DNA of 64,000 nt from Heptranchias perlo (taxonomy: Eukaryota), in assembly GCF_035084215.1 (NCBI RefSeq), contig NC_090332.1, positions 79,918,001 to 79,982,000 of the forward strand. The letters run 5' to 3'. How positions within the stretch are numbered: the first letter of the stretch is position 1; each line of letters begins with the position of its first letter. The notes beneath the pieces were generated by a model. It was not told where the DNA came from. It worked only from the letters and a program-made list of their open reading frames with translations, and ran no database searches. A program made the position numbers and the translations under genes. This document shows positions 24,417 through 36,254 of this stretch, in pieces.

Positions 24417-26252
24417 ACTGTTCACCCTTTTGCATTCCCTTAGTGCCTGTTGTTCGTGTGCCTTTACCTTTCCTAGAGCTCCTATGAGCTGCTTCCCCAG
24501 TGGCTGGAGCACGGGTGGTGGGAGGCTGCTGGCCTTCAATGGAGGAACATGCAGATGGCCTTGGAGGAGACCTCGAGCAGCTCTGGGCTGGGAGGGCCCG
24601 GTTTCAGACTGCATCATCTCGGCATGGGCTGCAGCAGTCTGGCCTGACTGGCCAATAGGCAAAAACAAGGGCACTGGCGGGGTGGTAGGGGTGGGAGCAG
24701 GAATGCCGTCGTCCTGAGAGAGGACAGCAGGTCCGATTGCCATGGCACCACTGCCACTCTCCCGGTGCGGCGCCTCAGCAATCCTGGTGATCAGCTGGAG
24801 AATGGATTGCTGGAGTGCTGTGACACCCTCGAAGCTCCGATCAACAGTGGTCCCCAGAGCCACGATAGAAGCAGTCTGAGCTTCCATTGCCGCAGTCTGA
24901 GCTTACATTGCACTTTCTGAACAGCAACTCTAGCTTGCAGACCTTTGACGACATCGGTTTTTACTGCAATGGAAACCACGTCATCGGCCATCAGACGCTG
25001 CATCATGGTGGGTTCCACAGGTATGCTGACCGAGGTGACCACCTGTTCCATGTGGGAAAGGATGGGCTCCAAGCTCTGTACCAAGCCCTGTGCCAAATTG
25101 GAGCTGGACTCCTCCATGCCCCTTGTCAGTGTGCAAGCTTTCTGGCAGGCTTTCCAGTGCCCCAAGCATTTGTTGGTGTACGCCCATCAGCCGTCTTCGG
25201 TAGCCTGGCCCATCGAAGTCCTCATCTGACTCCTCTGCAGCAGAACTAGTGAGCGACCTCACCCTCCGGCGAGCTGGCACCTGTGGTATCCATTCCCCCT
25301 GCCCCGGCTCCTGCGCACTTGTGCCCGGTATCTCACCACGTGCAGATCCCTCCTCTAAACTGGCCTCCAAATGACGTGCAGTGTCAGTCTCTGAGCTGGT
25401 GGAAGCGAGTGTCAGATCGAGTGACGGTGTGGCTTCAGTGTCCTCCTCCTCCTCCTCCTCCTCCCCCTCAGACGGTGCCTGCTCCAGTTCTTGGGTATCT
25501 GCAATGACAAAGGGAAACAGGTTGAGTTGTGGAGCGGGGAGAAGAGCAAGTAAGATGTGCGTGCCGACAGCACGTGAGTCAGAAAAGATTATGGGAGGAG
25601 AGGGCATGTTGTCATGGCTGCAGCGACGACCCGATGATCCGAAGCACTGTCTCCTCTAGGCGGGTAAGGACATGTAGGCGTCCCTGTCCACCCTCAGGTC
25701 TCTCCTGATGCCAGCTGTTATGCACCACCTTCTCCTGCAAGACAGAGGACAGTGCGTCAGTGAGTATCCTGCAAGGTGTGTGCGTGATGTGCCTGTCATG
25801 GTCGAATAGCTGCCAGTGTGTGTGACCTGTGAGTGTAGTTGTGTGGCAGACAAGTGTGATACTATGTGTGGGTGAGATGCAGCATGCCAAGTGTAGCATT
25901 GCAAAGTGTCTGTTGGTGGGTGGGTGACGGAGAGTGTGATGCGTGGAGCAGTGGTGCAGTTGGTAGGATGCGCCACTTGACACTTGCAGTCGCTCACCTT
26001 AACCACTCGTGTCAAATCATTGAACTTCTTTCGGCACTGCACCCACATGCGTGGTGCCATTCTCCTGGCGTTCACTTCCTGGGCCACAGCCCGCCAATGC
26101 CTGTGGAGCTGCTGTCTGGAGGGTCTCCTGCCACCCTGTGGGTACATATTGGCCCTCCTTTCGTCCACTCCTTCCACCAGGGCCTCCAGTGCATAATCCG
26201 AGAAACGTGGGGCCCTCTCTTGCGCCAGACCTGCCACCCTTGTGTCCATCAT
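24417..26252 (-). pseudogene. Harbinger Myb/SANT-like DNA-binding gene, three exons (26252-25998; 25734-~25610; 25498-~24417), frameshifted
   Basis: RAPRFSDYALEALV..W..VA..VN..R.W.QCRKKFNDL; donor AAG|GTGAG; acceptors TTGCAG at 25735 and 25499; acidic tract. Confidence 0.85.
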
Positions 26253-27764
26253 TCCCTCCTCCTAGTGAACTGTGCATGTCTCTTTTAAAATGTACACCTG
26301 CACCATTAAGAGGTGCAGGCTGCCAGTGACATGCGCTGAGCACGCCCCTTTTCCGGCTTCCTCATTCTCCATGAAACCTCTCAGCAGCGCGGGTAGCGCA
26401 AGCTGCACGGAGATATGGTAAGTAGCAAGCAGCTTGAAATTCGCGCACTGCCTGCATGGGGGCCATCGAGCATGGGGTAATAGCGGATCATGCTACCCGC
26501 TCCCGAAAATGGGCCCCATCGAATTTTTTTTCTCCCGAAATGACAAGAATTAACTTTCTGTGGTGTGTTTCGTTTGTATCTACCACACAAATACAGCAAC
26601 TTCACGGCATTCAATGCATTTCAATGGTGAGGCAGACGGCGAGATGCTGTTTCCGCAAAGCGAATGGCGGAGCAGCACAACTCGGACAGCAACTTTTCTA
26701 TATCCGCGTTTAACCGTCTGCCTCTTTCCTGAAGTTGCTGTACCATTTGTGCAAAAATAACGGCAAACGCCATCCCTATTTGTCACCTGTTGTCCCTATT
26801 TTCCACCCATTCTCATTTCTTAATCCATTTTTCTCCGGCCTCTTTGATTTTACTTCATTTTGCTTAACCTAACCTATTCTATCTTTTATAAGCACTTTAT
26901 CTCCAAACAATAACTTTTAAATCTTTGACGTAACTTTTTTTTTCTCTCTTCCTCCTGGCTTCAAATATCCATTTTGGAGACCGAAGTAACTTTTTAAGAA
27001 AGTGTTTTCATTGGCTGAAAACTGGCGGAAAAGGCCTAGATTTTTTAGAGCCAAAGTGAAACTGTTGAAGAGTAAGGCTGGATTAATATGGCACTCTATG
27101 GGGCCTAAAATGGATGAGACAAACTCCTAGAGAGGTTCACATACCTCAGGACTTTGATGCACAGTGTTGTCTTCTGAGTTTTAATGCCACTATTTCCTTG
27201 ACATGCACCCAAAGCCACTTTACATCAACACAAAGTGGCAGCATTAATGCAGCCTTGCATGGTCACACTATTACTGTGATGAGATAATGCTTTATTATAT
27301 TTTTGATTCATAAAAACATGGAAGAGGCTGCTGAATGGGGTTATAATGGATGGTAGCCCCCAGAACCTGACAGTGCCCGGATGAGTAAACTTGCCCTTGG
27401 TGCCGGAAGGGTTAACAAATTAAATTAGGAAGTTGGACCCCCTGAAGTTTGGCTTACACCTCAGTATAGTTTTCCTTGCCATCCTGTATTTAGTAGAAAT
27501 TAAGTGTGGCTAATATTCCACCTGATACCCTAATGTACTAGTGAGAAAAAATTAAGATGTGAAAAAATGGTGATTCACATGTTAACACATGAGTGGAAAA
27601 TTTAAGAAAATACCTAAGTGTCTCAGAAAAGACAATTCCTCCCTTTAACGTTTATTAGTGGTGCTTTGTCCCTTGTTAAAAACTGGTTGAAAATCAGTAG
27701 GGAATCCAGCAGTCTTAAAGAGGGACTTTTGACATGAAAAACTGGTTTACACACTCTTTTTGCA

Positions 27765-28165
27765 AACACGTTATTCAATTTTTAAATTTTTAGTTCTCAT
27801 CCTTGTTTTCAAATCCCTCCATGGCCTCTCCCCTCCCTATCTCTGTAACCTCCTCCAGCCCTACAATGCTCTGAGGTCTCTACTCTCCTCTAATTCTGGC
27901 CTCTTGCACATCCCCGATTTAATCGCTCCAACATTGGCAGCCGTCCCTTCAATTTCCTAGGCCTTAAGCTTTGGAATTCCCTCTCTCCCTCTCTACCTCT
28001 CTCTCCTCCTTAACGATGATCCTTAAAACCTACCTCTTTGACCAAACCTGTCCTAATTCCTCCTTACGTGGCTCGGTGTCAAATTTTGTTTGATAACGCT
28101 CCTATGAAGCACCTTGGAATGTTTTTACTATGTGAAAGGCGCTATATAAATGCAAGTTGTTGTTA
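27765..28165 (+). mobile_element. L2 3' end
   Basis: FKFLVLILVFKSLHGLSPPYL; tail GAAAGGCGCTATATAAATGCAAGTTGTTG. Confidence 0.85.
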
Positions 28166-29196
28166 TGTAAATTGTAATCATCTGTGCACGTGATCAGGCT
28201 TCTTTGGTTCGTGTGTTTCTTGCAGAGAATGGGGTTCGGCAAATGAAGAGTGTGTTTTAATTTGAAATCTTTCGTCCGCTGCATTTAATCAGTTCTAACT
28301 GTATTTTAGTCATTTACATCTGTCAAAATTATGTTTCAGTATCACTAACTGTGTATCTCAAATTTTTTGGTCTCCATTTCATTTTTCTTGCCATTTTTTT
28401 CTCAATTTCCTATTGCTTTCCTTAGCTCTGTCTTTGATCATTTATTCAGTTTTTTTTGTTTGTGTTCACAATCGGTCTCACCGCCCTTGGGTTAGTCTGC
28501 AGAATAATCAGTCACCTCTGATTACTATCCAGTGACCCCTACTAGAATGTGTATGTGTGTGGACAAACGGACATACGAAAATCACGGACAGGAAAAGCTG
28601 GATTGTTCTTGCATAGAGCCGGCGCTGACTCGATGGGCCGGATGGCCTCCTTCCATGCTGTAAACTTTAAAAAAAACGAATGAAGAAAAATTCTATGTAT
28701 TCAGGTAGTATTTTCTGGTGCATTTTGCTTTGCTTCTCCATTATTGTGTCATATGTCCATATTATCATTTGTTTCCCAGCTGATCCACTATTCTCTTAAT
28801 AAATCACCATTTTATGATCTCACCATATTCAATTCTCTCCTCAAATATTTTAAACTCCCTGAATTTCTTTTCCTCATTTGTAGAAACCTCTTGATGGAAA
28901 ATCATTCATTCTCGGTATCCTATGCTGGATTTTCACTCAGGATGGAAATAGAGTTTCATCCAAAGCCCCATAATGGTTGGTTTATCATTTTCCTGGGCCC
29001 CAGTAATTCCACACAATTATTGTTTAAGACCATGCAATCATAGAATCTTTTCAGTTTTTAATGTGACTTATATTGATGCCATAAAAATGCATTCAAAGAA
29101 ACAGAAAATGCAGTGCAGGACTCAGTGAGGATAAATTAAAGAATTGCAATAAAATGCCAGAAAAAGGGTTTTGTTTCCTGCTGTGCCTAAAATCCT

Positions 29197-29706
29197 GGGC
29201 TTAATTTTACACCCGTTTTGAACCGTAGTAATTGCAGGAAATTTGTGTGCACAGCTCTGGGGGCGGAGTCATTATAACGACCCGAGATGCGATCAGGTGC
29301 ATGGATTGATAGACAGGCGTAAAAGATTGAGGAAATTTGAGCATGGCGTAATTACATGCATAACACATTTACACCCGAGTTTCCACGATATTTTACACTG
29401 TGTATTTGCTTCACACCTCGATTACGCATGTCTCCGGGTGCAAAAACACAGGAAATTCCACCCCACTGTGCCTAATGTGCATGAATGATGATTAGATGGC
29501 TTAAAACTTTAATTTTCATACTTAAAGAAGGAATATATAGTGTTAGTTCTGCACTTTCCTTGGGCCCCGCTTGTCTACACTGATCCTGCCTAATGTTTAG
29601 GTTCCGACGTATGTTAATGAGATTGCCAGGAAATTTATGCATAAATTGACACGGGCAAAGTGGATGCACGGACGGGCATAATTTCGGGCATAGGAAATTC
29701 CACCCC
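29197..29706. mobile_element. Two adjacent MITE-like pieces ending in GGAAATTCCACCCC (at 29464 and 29706)
   Basis: Repeated terminal motif; internal ACACCCG/CGGGTG inverted motifs; CpG-rich relative to flanks. Confidence 0.5.
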
Positions 29707-31166
29707 AAAATGTTTTATGTTTCACATTGATGCAGAATCTATGGTGTAACATGTGTGTGTGTGTGAAGTTGTTTAAATTCAATTTAAGTATTCTTAAACC
29801 ATTTGCAGTGCAAAGCAAATTTTAAAAAGATTTTAACCCATTTTAAACCTTTTAATGTTAGCAGAGAATCGACAGTCCAGTCAGCTCTTGGTGGTGAAAA
29901 GGGTACTGTGCATATGGATAAGCAAGTCTGAGCAGAGCTCTGCTTTCCCTGACTAAAAAATGAAGTGATGCTGCCAGTATAACTCCGGTCTACTAGCCCC
30001 ACATCACTCTAAGCAGGTGCTCATAGTTTAATTGTGCTCTAAAGAAAAATGAGTGCAAGATTAGTGTGTGTTTTTACCAGTATGGTAGCCGCACTGGGAC
30101 ATAAAGTACACAACACACAAGGTAATGGTTAAATTGCTTAAAGGGAATATTTGCTCGGGTATCAATTTATTCCCTATGTATTCAAATGGAGAGTTTATGC
30201 TGTAAACAAACAGTGTTGCATTTGGCTGCTAATTCCAATTCATTGCTGACACAGCACTGGTCCAATATTTAATTAGCCAACATCAATACAGTGCCAGTCT
30301 GTTCAAGGGTAAGATGGAAAAACTAATGTATAACTAAACTTGCATACAATATAATTCCTAGAAGTAAAGGGAATTAGGGGTTATGGGGAGCGGGCAGGAA
30401 ATTGGACATGAAACTGAGTTCGGATCGGTCAATGCCCTGTGGGTGGCGGAGAGGGCCCAGGGGCTATGTGGCCGGGTCCTGCTCCGACTTCTTGTGTTCT
30501 TTAGATTTGTGGTTGGGATCAGATCAGCCATGATCTTATTGAATGGCGGAGCAGGCTCGAGGGGCCGATTGGCCTACTCCTGCTCCAATTTCTTATGTTC
30601 TTATGTTCTTATAATTGACTGAATCATTCCTGCTATGGTCATCATTGCTTCTCTTAATTTTTCCTTCATATTCCTCTAAAGCTCAGAATAAGCCACTTTA
30701 AACACTCTCCTTCCTTCCTGCGTCCTTAGCATGTTATAATCAAGATTTACCACACCCTCTCCTACTCTAGTTCCTCCTATCCCAGAACCTCAAAATTGCA
30801 GAACCCCTTACCTCTGTCAATCTTCCTCCTTCTCTGACAGTGCACTAGCTTTTATAATTGAAGCTGGCCTAATCACTAGTTAATTGATTTTCATTTGATT
30901 TTGCTCCTATCCTTTTCAGCCTTGACTGTGTCTGCACGACAGAATGCAGCCCTTCAAATAGATTTTTCAAAATATAAAAAAATTAGAAGCATAACTGGAA
31001 CTTGGGATCAATTTGCACACATCAAGGGAATTGCTTGGAATGCACTTGCATAAAGTCTGCATAAGTGTAAATTTTGACTAAATGTTAAGAAAAAGCAGCA
31101 ATCAGAGCTTCATTTCCACATAGATAACACAGTACCACGACTCTGTGATGATTGCTGATCGTTTTT

Positions 31167-31300
31167 TCAACAACAACAACTTGCATTGATATAGCGCCTT
31201 TAACGTAAGAAAACGTCCCGAGACGCTTCACAGGAGCGTTATCAAACCAAAATTGACACCGAGTCAAAGGAGATATTAGGAAGGGTGACTCTTGATCAAA
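31167..31300 (-). mobile_element. L2 3' tail
   Basis: (CAA)n CTTGCATTGATATAGCGCCTTTAACG..AAAATTGACACCGAG. Confidence 0.8.
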
Positions 31301-33044
31301 GAGGATGAAATATTTCCAGCAGGCTGTCTGAGTAACCTCATAACCTCTTTATTATTACCCTAGTTTAAACCCAGTCTTGAAAATACTGTAGCACAATCAT
31401 TCACTTGTACCTTAATTATATGTATTATAGATTGTTTGAACACACAAAACAACAGCTCTAACTAACCACCTCCCTTGAATTACATAATTCTCACCTAATT
31501 CAAACCCATAGTTAGGCAAGTTTATGAAGCTTTTTCATGAGCACTTGCAGTATAATCTATTATTATTAGGATAAATGTTCTGCTTCAGCATTCCTGGCAC
31601 ATGCAGGGAGCGCATATCAGAAAATTGCATACCCCCAACCCCTCCATCCATTATGGATGGAAAATTACCAGGCTGAGTGGAGTGGAGGGTTGTGGGGGGG
31701 AGGGTGGTGGTTGAGGTGCAGATCAGCCATGATCTAATTGAATGGTGGAGCAGGCTCAAGGGGCAGAATGGTTTATTTCTGTTCCTAAGTGGAAACTCTT
31801 CCTTATTGTTGCTGTTTAAAAGCAATAAATAGACAGTGGAAAATTAAAAACAGAGAAAGTTGGAATTCTGATGAAAGGTCACACCAAAAATGAACCTCTC
31901 TTTCCCTTTCATATCTGCTGTTCACTTCCAGCATTTTCTGTACTTACATAGATAATGTAAACATTTTGTTCACTATGGGGGTGGTCTTATTAAGAGAATA
32001 GTATGTTTTATCTTAATTCAAATGGGTAGCTAAAAATGTCAATTACAGGAGCTAATTACTTATAGTTATCTATATCCTTTAATTCTCTCCATGAGGATTT
32101 GTGATTATTTCATATTTGTGAGCACAACTATAACCTTTTATTACAGTCTATGATATTGTTGGGTCTTAAAGTAAGGTGTGCTGTGTTTAACTACCAACAG
32201 ATAAATAATTGAGATAGGATACTAGAACTATTCAGAACTGCTATCGTGCTGTAATGTAATTGAAAATATGAAAAAATGGCTAATAATGGAACAAAACATT
32301 TATTTTTTAATGATTTTTTAAAAATCTTATCTTGTGTCTACCCATATAAAATGGTGCCATAGTTAAGATATAACAGTTTAATTACCTCTAAGCATGCATT
32401 GTTGATTTTCCATTTTTCTTTTATCGTACTGTGTGATCAGTTCTGTTGTTTGTAACAACTTGCGTTGCTCAACCTTGTTTTCATTTTAACACACGATATC
32501 TAAACATCATGATTATTATTATAGATGAAAGCAAAGTGCTCAAATGTCAAAGTATTTCAATTACAGCAATTACATACATTTCATTGGGTGATAATATCTT
32601 TTCTCAAATAAGCAAGAGACCATTCCAAAATACAATGCCATTATCAAACCAGATCACTAATTATATAAGCCCCGAGCCTGGCACAAAAGTTTATAATAAT
32701 ACAGTGTACAATAGGAAGGTGACCAATACAGCAGCTCTGAGCATCCCTGTTAATATTGAACTACAGATGGTTACAAGCTAGTTGAGATTGTAGTTTGTAT
32801 TATTGATGCTGTGTCATTTTTTTGAAATATGCAAACAAGAAATACCTTTTACAAAAGTACTTCTTGAGAACGAATTTTAAGAGATCACAGAAGACGTCAT
32901 TAAGGAGTCTTGTTAAATGTCTGCCAGAAATGACTGAACTTTACCACATAATGGCGTAAACTAAATTCATGGGAGTTATGTCTGGCTACATTAACAGCTC
33001 ATTCAAAATGATCTTGCAAGCTTGAAAGTAGGATGAGTGATGCC

Positions 33045-33325
33045 CCAATCTAATCCCTACATCTTTTCTAAGGTGTCAGATGAGGGCACCACCAAAGTGG
33101 CCTTTCTCCGCGTGTAGCCCTAGATTGTGAAAGGCTGCGGCCTATTTATTTGGGGCCATCACAGCCAAATTTGATCGTGCCCACAGCAACATCCAGACAC
33201 AGGAAGTCTGGCAGAATTTTCCCTTACCTATCCCAGAGATGTACAATTGAGAGTCAACTGTACCACCACAACTGCTAAGGATCAAACCCGGTGGCTTCCT
33301 CAATACTACACTGGGAAGCCATTTT
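33045..33325 (-). mobile_element. tRNA-like SINE family C, decayed; other pieces at ~28480-28560, 47180-48420, 50470-50850 and 55190-55600
   Basis: Shared blocks among copies: GACCAGGAAGG, GCTGATCTCAGCTGGGG, CTGGGYTAGGGA, GGCTGTGATG, AATGGCCACTTGGG. Confidence 0.55.
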
Positions 33326-33446
33326 TCTACTAAGCCATTCGAAGAACTAAATATACATTTAATATACACAGGATAAAATACAGACTGAGGTGCGTTACAA
33401 GGCAATAACACATTGAGTGGTTTGGGTAACATTATGAACATCTAAG

Positions 33447-33785
33447 AAAGAAAGAACTTGCATTTATATGGTGCCTTTCCCGACCTCAGGGCATGCGAAA
33501 GCGCTTTACAGCCAATGAAGTGCTTTTGAAGTGTAGTCACTGTTGTAATGTAGGAAGCGCAGTAGTCAAATTATGCACAGCAAGGTCCCACAAACAGCAA
33601 TGAGATAATGACCAGATAATCTGTTTTAAGTTCAAATATTTTTAGTGATGTTGGTTGATGGATAAATATTGGCCAGGACACTGGGGAGAACTCCCCTGAT
33701 CTTCTTCAAAATAGTGCCATGGGATCTTTTACGATCACCTGAGTGGGCAGACGGGGTCTTGGTTTAACGCTTCATCCGAAAGACG
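33447..33785 (-). mobile_element. SacSINE1-like Deu-SINE (3' part)
   Basis: Deu-domain block AAAAGATCCCATGGCACTATTTTGAAGAAGA..CCTGGCCAATATTTATCC plus L2-like tail. Confidence 0.8.
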
Positions 33786-34844
33786 TCTAGAGAGAAGCTG
33801 GCATATGCAATGGTTAGAATAGGGAAATTCAGAGCACAACTTCAAGGACCAGTAGGACAAGGAGGCACAAGTTCAAACTGGTGAAAGGTAAACTTAGGAT
33901 CAACATCAAGATGTTTTTCACACAAAGTGTGATTAACACTTGGAATGGACGTCGGGAAAGATAGTGGAGGCGATTTTGGAATCACTTAGGCAATAAATTC
34001 ATGCTGTTGATGAGGGGACTATGGACGGGAAATTCCTCAGATCTGCTCCCGCTCTGCTGGCGTTATTTCACCGGATGCATGGTGGAAGTCCCGTTTACGC
34101 AAAGTTAAGCACCTCCGAGGAATTTCCTGGCCTATATATGTTTAGATAAAAAGCTAACAAAGCTGTCTTCTTCACCTAGCCTTCTTCATCTGTATTTATA
34201 TTTTGGTCTTATAGATTAACCACATCATCTGAACCTCAAGATATGTTTCGTCCTTGAGCTGTTACTTACAATGTATGGCTGGGGTGGCTACACTCTGTTT
34301 CTGGTGAGAGTTCCTTTTGCAAGCGATGGGGTTGTGGTGAATAGCAACAAACAGATGGTTTCTCAAAACAAATCACACGATTTGGATCAGTATCACATTG
34401 AACCATCTGATTTGATCCACAGCGAGCTCAGGTTTTGTTTCACTGCGTTTTACAGAGCAATATGTCCCGAAAGATGGATAAGAGACTGGGAGGGGGGTGT
34501 CTAGGCATTCTTTCAGTCACAATAGATTTGGGTCTCCTATGGATCCTTTAAACTCATAAAAGAACCGTAGTAATTTAGTCCCAATGGTGAGCTATTCTCA
34601 ATTCATCTAACTTTCCTTTAGTTTTTATCCAAGTTTCAATTGCTGTCATGGACCGTATCTCTCTTTTATTTATTTTGCCATAATAAAGCATGCAATCATT
34701 GTAGCTCAGCAGAAAATGGGCTGAAATTCCCATTATGAAGCCTTTCAACTAGAACAAAGGAAAGTTGCATTTTCCATAAAATTTAAAAGATTCATAATGC
34801 TCCATAAAATCACCAATATGTCTTAACAGCAATCAACTAAACAA

Positions 34845-35215
34845 TGTCAGCTTGGCTCAGTTGGTAGCACTCTTGCCCCCAAGTCAGAAAGTTGTGGGCT
34901 CAAATCCCATTCCAGGACTTGAGCACTTAATCTGGGCTGACACTCCACTGCAGTACTGAGGGAGTGCTACACTGCGAGAGGCCCTGTCTACTGAAATGAA
35001 TGTTAAAAATCCCATGGCAGCATTTGAAGAAGAACATGAGCAAACATTCCTGTTGTGGCCAATAGATTAACTGATTATTCATTTCATTGCTGATTGTGGG
35101 ATCTTGCTGTGGGCAAACTGGTAACTGCATTTGCTTCTGCCAACACTTTCAAAGTAATTCATTACATTTTTGCACAATGTGATAAGATGCTGTATAAAGG
35201 CCAGTCTGTCTTTCT
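34845..35215 (+). mobile_element. SacSINE1-like Deu-SINE, decayed
   Basis: tRNA head TGGCTCAGTTGGTAGCACTC, Deu block, tail. Confidence 0.75.
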
Positions 35216-35399
35216 TTACTTTTCTTAAAGCAGATGTCCGTTAAAAGTAAAGCATAAATGCAAAATTTAGCCCTAACCTGCAGTTCTTCCAGTAAATGCC
35301 TGCAAGATCGCGTGGCATTTTTCTGTTTAAATATTCTTTTTAAAGCCAATAAAATAGGCCTACACACCCGCTAATAGCAAGCATGTCCTTGGTCGCCAT

Positions 35400-35680
35400 T
35401 GAATACAGGGACATGCTCAGAATGACTCCATCACATCTTTTCTTGTCCACATGCTATGACACCAGAGCCAACTGACCATGTCTGCCATTACACTGCCATC
35501 CATATCTATGTACCCTGGCACGGACTGAGGGAGCTGCCTGTCTAGGCTATACAGGTCAATATGAAAGCCATTGCAAAGCTGTGCTAACTGCTGTAAGGAC
35601 ACTTGAAGCCAACCTTCAACCTAAAGTCTGCACTCCCAGTGGCAATTAAGATTACGTCCTCCTTCAACTGTTATAACTCG
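35400..35680 (+). pseudogene. Decayed Harbinger transposase N-terminal remnant
   Basis: AIAKLC*LL*GHLKP..SALPVAIKITSSFNCYNS resembles EICQLV..TALPMAVKVTVALYFYGS at ~23260-23360. Confidence 0.55.
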
Positions 35681-35898
35681 AGTTGTTACGATCTGGAATG
35701 CACTACCTGAAAGGGTCACGGAAGCAGATTCATTAGTAACTTTCAAAAGGGAATTGGATAAATACTTGAAAAGGACAAATTTGCAGGGCTATGGGGAAAG
35801 AGGGGGGAGTGGGACTAATTGGATAGCTCATTTAAAGAGCTGGCACAGACATGATAGGCCGAATGGCCTCCTTTTGTTCTGTATGTTTCTATGATTCT
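35681..35898 (+). mobile_element. CR1 3' fragment
   Basis: IWNALPERV..FKRELDKYL; TTCTATGATTCT tail. Confidence 0.85.
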
Positions 35899-36254
35899 AA
35901 CTTTAGCTCCTTGAAAGCCAACTTGGGGATTATTTTCAGTATCAGCCAATTTGCTGCCCACAGATGTATCACACAAATGACCGATGCAGGGTCATCTTCT
36001 TTTCCACTGAATAGCAACAACAGTTTAACACAACTGCACAGAATGCTGCATTTCACAAAATGCGAGGGGCTACTATGGCCATTCTGCAGCCCACCTTATA
36101 TGTCAATAACTGAACAAGCAGTTGGAAGGATTTGCAACTCATTAAGGTTTCACTGAAGCAACAGTTCTGTATGTAATTTCCATCCTGTATGAGTGCCATG
36201 CTGCTGTATGGCTGTACGTGGCAAACATTCAAAGGGCTCTGAAGATTCATGTTA

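Larger units (their letters stand above)
22528..26536 (+). mobile_element. PIF/Harbinger DNA transposon, near full length, inactive
   Basis: Convergent transposase and Myb/SANT genes; degenerate termini GGGGCACTAAATT / AATTTTTTTTCTCCC. Confidence 0.88.
22070..26780. mobile_element. Probable non-autonomous DNA element hosting the Harbinger (pieces ~22070-22527 and ~26537-26780)
   Basis: Begins GGCCCAGATTTT (Harbinger-like terminus); CpG-retaining non-unique-looking sequence on both sides of the inner element. Confidence 0.4.

Noticed and set aside
35149-35602. Minus-strand ORFs with an apparent donor (LEELQ|GT)
   Set aside because: Opposite strand is a decayed Harbinger transposase remnant; no recognisable protein
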